A stretch of DNA of 28,907 nt from Octopus sinensis. Lineage: Eukaryota. Below the pieces are notes generated by a model. It was not told where the DNA came from. It did not search any database and saw nothing but the letters and a program-made list of their open reading frames with translations. The stretch covers positions 1 to 28,907 of the forward strand of contig NW_021833354.1 of assembly GCF_006345805.1 (NCBI RefSeq). The letters run 5' to 3'. Made by a program: the position numbers and the translations under genes. Shown piece by piece: positions 21,403-28,907 of the stretch. Every line of letters begins with the position of its first letter. Position 1 is the first letter of the stretch.

Positions 21403-21505
21403 GCTTAAATATTTAACTTGGCGAGCTTTAATCAATGAACTAAAATTTTGAATCAAAAAACGTTTTGATTCAAAATTCTAACTCTATGACTGAAAAAAAA
21501 AAGCA

Positions 21506-21900
21506 TCTTTATATAAGAGTGAAGTTGTGTGTCTGTCCCCTTCGATTTACATTCGTAATTACTCCCACATTTTGCGGTGCAGTTTAACCAAAAGTGGGTA
21601 TCTTATAGTCGTGATTCATATCGAGCCCTTCTGGGTATTAGCGCGCGTCTACGATGAGTCTACGATTTAAAAAAAATTTACCATCATATTTTTCCATTTT
21701 AATGCATTTTTTTCGCTTTTATATAAGGGAAGTAACTCTCTAAAAATATCTACGATGTGTCAACGATTTTTAAAAAATTTACCTTAATTTTTTTTCAATT
21801 TTTAATGCATTTTTTTTGCTATTTTTTGGCTATAACTCTCTAAAAATGCTTATATAGTTATTTCCCTTACAACCCGAGCAACGCCGGGCGATACTGCTAG
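21506..21900 (+). mobile_element. Non-autonomous Helitron
   Basis: A|TC 5' end at 21505/21506. 3' GC hairpin CCCGAGC-AAC-GCCGGG (21873-21888) followed by CTAG|T at 21897-21901. No TSD; internal ~100-bp imperfect tandem duplication. Confidence 0.85.
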
Positions 21901-22044
21901 TCTTTAATAATTCGCAATCATTAAAGATGTGATGAAGAGTTTCTTAGTCTTATTATTATTGTTGTTGTTGTTGTTGTTGTTGTTATATATTTCGTTTTTG
22001 GATTTGGTTTGCAAGATTCTTTATATGAGTTCGTGAGTTGAAGC

Positions 22045-22307
22045 ATATTCTGTTGTGTCTGGGGAGAGTCATTTTCTTTTTGCGCCTTATAATATAACAC
22101 ACTCACCGGTAAAATTTTCACTTTTTTCTTATTTATATTTTCCTAAAATTTTCGTTGCGTCTTGCAACCTTTTCAATAGTTTTGACTCAAAACTATTGAA
22201 AAAGGTTGCAAGGCGCAACGAAACTTTTAGGAAAATAAAAATAAGAAAAGTGTGTTATATTATAAGGCACAAAAAGAAAATGACTCTCCCCAGACACAAC
22301 TGAATAT
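22045..22307. mobile_element. Near-perfect fold-back palindrome (MITE or inverted retroposon end)
   Basis: Arms pair around a single central base (TTTTGA-C-TCAAAA, centre 22186). The left arm has an extra ~22-nt segment. Confidence 0.85.
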
Positions 22308-22324
22308 ATATATATATATATATT

Positions 22325-22503
22325 TTTTTTTTTCTCTCCTTCTTTCTGTGTTTTTTTCTCTGTGTATCTTTCTGTTGAAGAGCGTAGGCTCGAAACGTTA
22401 AAGACTTGTTTCATTTATATTTCCTGAGCGCCATACTAATACAATTGTTTGTTTGTATTCCACCTGCCTTCGTCTTTTGTCTATTTTCATAAAGCTTCCC
22501 GTT
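22325..22503 (+). mobile_element. HHR-bearing short repeat (family 1)
   Basis: Homologous to the reverse complement of 19745-19895; ends at (TA)n. Confidence 0.62.
22367..22404 (+). ncRNA. Minimal hammerhead motif (variant core CTGTTGA)
   Basis: TCTTT-CTGTTGA-A-GAGC-GTAG-GCTC-GAAA-CG-TT^AAAGA: perfect stems I and II, ACGT palindrome. Confidence 0.6.
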
Positions 22504-22514
22504 ATATATATATA

Positions 22515-22558
<44 letters not shown>

Positions 22559-22569
22559 ATATATATATA

Positions 22570-23236
22570 CGCCATGTGTCTATGTATAAGCATGTGATAT
22601 GTGTTTGTATGTGTGTGTGTGTGTGTGTGAGTGTTATGTATTTATGAGTAAATTTGTGTTTTAAATGTGTATGTAGTGATAAGGAAACGAAAAGATGAGA
22701 CGATAGAAGTGTGAGAAGCGGAATGAAAGGTCAGATATTATAAATTAAATGAGTGGAGATAATGGCGTGGAACAGTCTTAGTATTGTTAAGATGGTCGCA
22801 ATATTAATTATGTTAGTGGCTGCAGTGGTATCAATTTTGGTTGGGGTGGTTTGGTAGTATGACAGCGTTGATGGTGTTGGTAATAGTAATACTGGATTGT
22901 GTTAGAGATGAGGGGTGATGGTGGAAATGCTGGTAGTTTGAGTTGCAGTCGTGACGGTAGTGATATTGGTAGTGAAAGAAGACGATGATTGGTGGCTGCT
23001 GTTTGTAGTGGCGGTAGTGTTGGTGTTGGTGTTGGTGTTGATGGTGGCGGCTGCTGTGGTGTCGGTGAGAAATGGTAGCAATGCTGGTGATGGTTGTGGT
23101 ATGCTGACTGCGATGATGGCTGAACTCACGGCGGTTAGCGCTTCTTGCTCTCCAGGTTAAGACGTCTATCCAGACACTTAACGACTTAAACAAACAACTT
23201 ATGTGTTAAGTCTCAACACCTGCCCTACCACACACA

Positions 23237-23318
<82 letters not shown>

Positions 23319-23660
23319 AACAAACAAACTTCTCCCAAGTTATTCGTTGGTGTCCAGTTGACGTATAATCGTACCGGTCGACCTCTCACACCGTCAGATT
23401 GTCCATGTCCAATATTCTTCCGCCACTACTCACAATTTACTCACGCAGTGAAGCTAAATCTATTGGTCAGTATTTGGTATTTCACTTCTTAACAAACATT
23501 TCGGCCAAATCTGAGTTAATACTAAATAAACACGGACACTCAAAAAGCCGATGACTACGCATGCGCGCCTATAAACGTAACCAACAGTATGCGCAATGGA
23601 GCAAACGTGTAGGCGTTGTATTTTATCCCCATCTTTCAATTTGTCTGTCTGTCTGTCTAC

Positions 23661-23695
<35 letters not shown>

Positions 23696-23769
23696 CTATC
23701 TATCTATATAGCTATCTGTCTATCTATCATCTATCTATCTATCTATATATCTATCTATATATATATATA

Positions 23770-23826
<57 letters not shown>

Positions 23827-24494
23827 CGCCATGTGTCTATGTATAAGCATGTGATATGTGTTTGTATGTGTGTGTGTGTGTGTGAGTGTTATGTATTTAT
23901 GAGTAAATTTGTGTTTTAAATGTGTATGTAGTGATAAGCAAACGAAAAGATGAGACGATAGAAGTGTGAGAAGCGGAATGAAAGGTCAGATATTATAAAT
24001 TAAGTGAGTGGAGATAATGGCGTGGAACAGTCTTAGTATTGTTAAGATGGTCGCAATATTAATTATGTTAGTGGCTGCAGTGGTATCAATTTTGGTTGGG
24101 GTGGTTTGGTAGTATGACAGCGTTGATGGTGTTGGTAATAGTAATACTGGATTGTGTTAGAGATGAGGGGTGATGGTGGAAATGCTGGTAGTTTGAGTTG
24201 CAGTCGTGACGGTAGTGATATTGGTAGTGAAAGAAGACGATGATTGGTGGCTGCTGTTTGTAGTGGCGGTAGTGTTGGTGTTGGTGTTGGTGTTGATGGT
24301 GGCGGCTGCTGTGGTGTCGGTGAGAAATGGTAGCAATGCTGGTGATGGTTGTGGTAGTGCTGACTGCGATGATGGCTGAACTCACGGCGGTTAGCGCTTC
24401 TTGCTCTCCAGGTTAAGACGTCTATCCAGACACTTAACGACTTAAACAAACAACTTATGTGTTAAGTCTCAACACCTGCCCTACCACACACACA

Positions 24495-24576
<82 letters not shown>

Positions 24577-24911
24577 AACTTCTCCCAAGTTATTCGTTGG
24601 TGTCCAGTTGACGTATAATCGTACCGGTCGACCTCTCACACCGTCAGATTGTCCATGTCCAATATTCTTCCGCCACTACTAAACAATTTACTCACGCAGT
24701 GAAGCTAAATCTATTGGTCAGTATTTGGTATTTCACTTCTTAACAAACATTTCGGCCAAATCTGAGTTAATACTAAATAAACACGGACACTCAAAAAGCC
24801 GATGACTACGCATGCGCGCCTATAAACGTAACCAACAGTATGCGCAATGGAGCAAACATGTAGGCGTTGTATTTTATCCCCATCTATCAATTTGTCTGTC
24901 TGTCTGTCTAC

Positions 24912-24959
<48 letters not shown>

Positions 24960-24975
24960 ATAGCTATCTGTCTAT
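22570..24975. repeat. ~1.26-kb tandem duplication (22570-~23720 and 23827-~24975)
   Basis: Both units start CGCCATGTGTCTATG (period 1257) and are near-identical apart from ~6 visible SNPs/indels and microsatellite lengths. Confidence 0.92.
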
Positions 24976-25032
24976 CTATCTATCTATCTATCTATCTATA
25001 TATCTATCTATATATATATATATAGCTATCTG

Positions 25033-25085
<53 letters not shown>

Positions 25086-25090
25086 TTATC

Positions 25091-25121
<31 letters not shown>

Positions 25122-25140
25122 CTGTCTGTCTGTCTGCCTG

Positions 25141-25215
<75 letters not shown>

Positions 25216-25298
25216 GTCTGTCTATCTATCTATCTGTCTGTCTATCTATCTATCTATCTATCTACCTATTTGTCTGTCTGTCTGTCTGTCTATCTATA
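24905..25298. repeat. (TATC)n/(TGTC)n tetranucleotide array
   Basis: Direct reading; a smaller copy lies at ~23645-23760. Confidence 0.95.
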
Positions 25299-25417
25299 CG
25301 TACACATGCATGATTATTTGGCAACGTAAACATCTTTGTTTACACACTACTTACCACACATCTACCCATATATATATATATATAATATATATATATATAT
25401 AATATATATATATATAT

Positions 25418-25800
25418 GGGTAGATGTGTGGTAAGTAGCTTGCTTATCAACCTCAAGGTTCCAAGTTCAGTTCCACTGGCGTGGCACCTTGGGCAAGTGT
25501 CTTCTACTATTGCCTCGGGCCAACCAAAGCCTTGTGAGTGGATTTGGTAGACGGAAACTGAAAGAAGCCCGTCGTATATATATGTATGCATATGTTTGTG
25601 TGTCTGCGTTTGTCCCCTCCCCAACATTGGTTGACAACCGATATTGGTGTGTTTACGTCCCCGTCCCTTAGCGGTTCGGCAAGAGAGACCGGTAGAATAA
25701 ATACTATGCTTACAAAGAATATGTCTTGGGGTAGATTTGCTCGACTAAAGGCGGTGCTCCAGCATGGCCGCAGTGAAATGACTGAAATAAATAAAAGAAT
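25418..25800 (+). mobile_element. SINE family 1, near full length (bipartite, internal TA/TG microsatellite, LINE-like tail)
   Basis: tRNA-like head, CCTTGGGCAAG block, internal (TA)(TG) linker at ~25575-25600, and tail GGCGGTGCTCCAGCATGGCCGCAGTGAAATGACTGAAA. Confidence 0.9.
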
Positions 25801-25804
25801 ACAT

Positions 25805-25859
<55 letters not shown>

Positions 25860-25862
<3 letters not shown>

Positions 25863-26215
25863 TGCAAAGTCGTGTTCAAGTATTACCACACATGCGAAGG
25901 CCATTTTTGTGATAGGTCTTACTTTGTTTTTTCAAGCGATGCCCGTACATGATGATTTTTTATAGTGGGGAAAAGATTTGCACAAATCCAATCCCACTCT
26001 CTGAACATGGACAAGTCTGAGAACAAGCCTAGTGCTCCGAAGTCTGGTGAACGCAGAGGGTATTCTATAACTGAACCTCTTCGTGCAATCTACCTGCTTG
26101 GCAAAATCTCTTTAAGGTACATTATTATGGTAGCGTAGAGGCGCCATCTTGCTGGAAATAAAACTCCACATCTTCAAAGTCCTCTAAGCCAGGCAGATTG
26201 ACGTAACAAATTCAA
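25860..26215 (-). pseudogene. Decayed Tc1/mariner-superfamily transposase remnant
   Basis: Minus strand EDFEDVEFYFQQDGA (26157-26140)...EILPSR*IARRGSVIEYPLRSPDF matches the FQQDGAPxH...RWIGR..WPxRSPDL signature. Confidence 0.75.
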
Positions 26216-26247
26216 GTGAGACTAATCATAATACTATCTAAAATAAA

Positions 26248-26398
26248 TGGTTGTGTGGTAAGTGGTTTGCTTCCCAACCATATGGTTCCGGGTTCCGCCC
26301 CACTGAGTGGCACCTTGGGCAAGTGTCTTCTACTATAGCCTCGAGCCGACCAAAGCCTCGTGAGTGGTTAGCTTCACAACCATATGGTTCCGGGTTAT
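26248..26398 (+). mobile_element. SINE family 1, truncated 5' part with a short internal re-duplication
   Basis: GTGTGGTAAG...CCATATGGTTCCGGGTT...GGCACCTTGGGCAAGTGTCTTCTACTATAGCC; CAACCATATGGTTCCGGGTT recurs at ~26377-26396. Confidence 0.8.
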
Positions 26399-26535
26399 AG
26401 TAACAAGGTATATTGCAAGGACTTTATGGGGAGCTTCTCTCTCTTCTATGCGACATTTTGGTATTGGTGTGTTGTTTTGTAGAATATTTGAGTGAAAGTT
26501 GTTACGCTGAACAAACGGCTTAACATTATATATAT

Positions 26536-26739
26536 CTTTCTTTCTTTTATTTTTACTTGTTTAAGTCATTTGACTGCGGCCATGCTGGAGCACCGCCTTT
26601 AGTCGAGCAAATCGACCCCGGGACTTATTCTTTGTAAGCCCAGTACTTATTCTATCGATCTCTTTTGCCGAACCGCTAAGTGACGGCGTCGTAAACACAC
26701 CAGCATCGGTTGTCAAGCAATGCTAGGGGGACAAACACA

Positions 26740-26796
<57 letters not shown>

Positions 26797-26966
26797 TATA
26801 TTATAGATATATATATATATATATATATACGACGGGCTTCTTTCAGTTTCCGTCTACCAAATCCACTCACAAGGTCGGCTCGAGGCTATAGTAGAAGACA
26901 CTTGCCCAAGATGCCACGCAGTGGGATTGAACCCGGAACTACTTACCACACAGCCACTCCTGCGCC
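26536..26966 (-). mobile_element. SINE family 1, full length
   Basis: Minus strand starts GGCGCAGGAGTGGCTGTGTGG (A box) with GGTTCAATCCC (B box), has an internal (TA)n(TG)n at ~26720-26829, and ends GGCGGTGCTCCAGCATGGCCGCAGTCAAATGACTTAAACAAGT. Confidence 0.92.
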
Positions 26967-27065
26967 TATTATATATATATATATATGTATATATAGTTAA
27001 TCCAAACATGAAAACACAAAGAGAAAACACAAGTAAGCCCATTATATATATACATATATATATAA

Positions 27066-27226
27066 TGGGCTTACTTCAGTTTTCGTCTACCAAATTATTT
27101 ACTCTGAAGGGTTTGGTCGGCACGTGGCTATAGCAGAAGGAACTTGCCCAAGGTGCCACGCAGTGGGATTGAACCCACGATCGTATGAACGTTTGGTAAG
27201 CTTCTCATCCACACAACTACACCTGC
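27066..27226 (-). mobile_element. SINE family 1, diverged 5' half
   Basis: CTTGCCCAAGGTGCCACGCAGTGGGATTGAACC on the plus strand. Confidence 0.75.
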
Positions 27227-27234
27227 TTAGGGTC

Positions 27235-27382
27235 ACTCATTTACAGCTGAGTTGACGGGAATAACTATGAAATGAAGTTGTGCTGCTTAAAAACACAATG
27301 CAATGCCCTGTCTGGGATTCGAAACCACGGTCTTGCAATTGTGAGTGCAATACTTTAACTGCTTGGCCACGCGTCGCCTTCA
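27235..27382 (-). mobile_element. Diverged tRNA-derived SINE fragment (third type)
   Basis: Minus-strand B-box-like GGTTTCGAATCCC; plus strand ACTCATTTACAGCTGAGT...GAAATGAAGT. Confidence 0.5.
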
Positions 27383-27568
27383 CGGTCCCTACACCTCGAA
27401 AACACTAAACTATTTTAATAAGAATAAAAGAATAAGATTGCGCAGAGATTTAGCATAGGTAAACTATATTTAAATGGAAGCAACGTATAAATTTACTCAG
27501 CATTCAGCCAGCATCTCAAACTGATGACGACCATCATTGTTTCCAGAACAATCTACGAGACAATATAC

Positions 27569-27872
27569 CCGTGCAGTGTTATTTGCTCCGTGGCATCCAT
27601 ACTGGTCGATATGTATTTTGCTCCCTCATTTCCCAAAAGAGTTACAACTATTGCAACAAAATAAACAGATAAATAAATGAATGAATCTTTCTTTTCTCTC
27701 TCTTTTTTTTTTTTAATTATTTTTATTGAGTCTATCCAGGTAGTAACCGACTTGGGATTCCTTCAAAAAAGAAATCAAATAACGGTCAATTTAGGGGTTA
27801 TACACTTTTCATTGTGCTATCTACCGCAATGAGAGAGAGAGAGAGAGAGGGAGAGAGAGAGGGAGAGAGAGG

Positions 27873-27911
<39 letters not shown>

Positions 27912-28692
27912 GAAGGAGGTGAAGAGAAGATGGCGGTATAGTAACGATATTTACTTTTCATAATTAGTTGTGTTGTCTGGCCGTTGTAGTGGGCTCGTAA
28001 CAAGAGAGACAACATATTCTTTAGGCTGAATTTGAAAAAGTGAAAAAGAAAAAAAATTACATGCACATACATACACACACGCGCATACATACATACATAC
28101 ATATATACATACATACATACATACATACATACATGCACACACGAACCACCTCTCCAAACGATAATGTATTGCTGTACTCATTCCTCTCCTTCCCCTCTCA
28201 CGTGGTTCAATCTGTAGCCAGACAATAGTGGCACAGTGAATGTAAATCAAAGAACTAGAAATAAAGCCCTAGCATACAAAAACTGCGACACGGTTTCAAT
28301 CTCTACTTTCAGTTTCAAATTCACTTCCAATCTCTTCTCTTCGGCTTCAGTTTTTCTTCTTTCTTGTAACGTATGCCCATAGAAAAATCACGAACGACAT
28401 AATATCCCTAATTTTCTCTCCCCGAAAAATAAGCTTTGTTTTTACATCAGTTGTGTACTGTGTGATCTTGAATTTGAATTGACCCTTTGATCTTCAGTCA
28501 ATAAAATTATTGCAAACCACCAAACATATTACTATGTACATGTGCATGTATGTATACATGTTTATAAACATATATTCGTACATGACTACCCTGTTTATTG
28601 TTGTTTAAATTCCATTGAAAGATTTTTGTTTCTCAGTTTACCAATCTTTCTCCTTTGGTATGCATACATACATACATACATACATACATACA

Positions 28693-28723
<31 letters not shown>

Positions 28724-28851
28724 GCAAGCACTCCATCAGGATTATAACTTTAGATTTCTACCAATAATTGTCAGAGTCTACCTGACTTATTGCGTCAGTA
28801 CTAATCTTGATAAGTTGAGATTCACAAAAGCTAGAAAGACCATGCCTGTAT
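27569..28851 (-). CDS. Candidate multi-exon fragment of an unidentified protein-coding gene (exons 28851-28782, 28211-28150, 28025-27955, 27647-27569)
   Basis: Each segment has AG/GT boundaries (ctctacAG..CAG|GTAGAC; ggctacAG..GAG|GTGGTT; long-pyrimidine ttcAG..AAA|GTAAAT; ttgcaatAG..CGG|GTATAT). Phases chain without stops: [94 protein letters not shown]. No family recognised. Confidence 0.4.
27830..27907. repeat. (GA)n microsatellite
   Basis: Direct reading. Confidence 0.95.
28062..28142. repeat. (TACA)n microsatellite
   Basis: Direct reading; a similar tract lies at 28663-28722. Confidence 0.9.
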
Positions 28852-28907
28852 CTGTAGAGTAACCATAACAAGTGATTTTTAAAAAATAACATAAATACTT
28901 TACGGAG

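Noticed and set aside
22831-24449. His/Gln/Thr-rich minus-strand ORFs in the duplicated units
   Set aside because: They derive from degenerate GGT/GAT repeats and the frame differs between the two copies.
26007-26116. Plus-strand ATG exon MDKSENKPSAPK... with donor AAG|GTACAT
   Set aside because: It is the antisense of the Tc1/mariner transposase remnant.
27521-27560. CTGATGA hammerhead core
   Set aside because: No stem II/GAAA/stem III downstream.
27927-27936. YY1-like AAGATGGCGG / ATG start
   Set aside because: The ATG is followed by a stop after three codons; a single motif with no supporting context.

Overview
AT-rich, microsatellite-dense and transposon-dense eukaryotic DNA. The SINE families and repeat landscape look like a coleoid cephalopod (Octopus-type) genome; this is inferred by recognition, not by database search. 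The main feature is a full-length, lightly decayed L1/Tx1-clade retrotransposon on the minus strand (6045-11556). It has ORF1 with a CCHC knuckle, ORF2 with APE endonuclease + RT + C-terminal Cys/His motif, and a 24-bp target-site duplication. It sits inside a small array of alternately oriented Penelope-type pseudo-LTR units carrying minimal hammerhead ribozyme (HHR) motifs, one of which lies in sense orientation just downstream of the L1 3' end. About eight minimal HHR-like motifs from at least three families are dispersed across the window, several sharing non-canonical core substitutions. Other elements: two CR1-group LINE 3' fragments whose 3' stem-loop tail is shared with a bipartite tRNA-derived SINE (one LINE is nested in that SINE), a second SINE family, three decayed R4/Dong-like pieces, a non-autonomous Helitron, two fold-back elements, a Tc1/mariner remnant and a ~1.26-kb tandem duplication. 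A phase-compatible chain of four candidate minus-strand exons of an unidentified gene lies at the right end. Most long ORFs in the supplied track are microsatellite artefacts.
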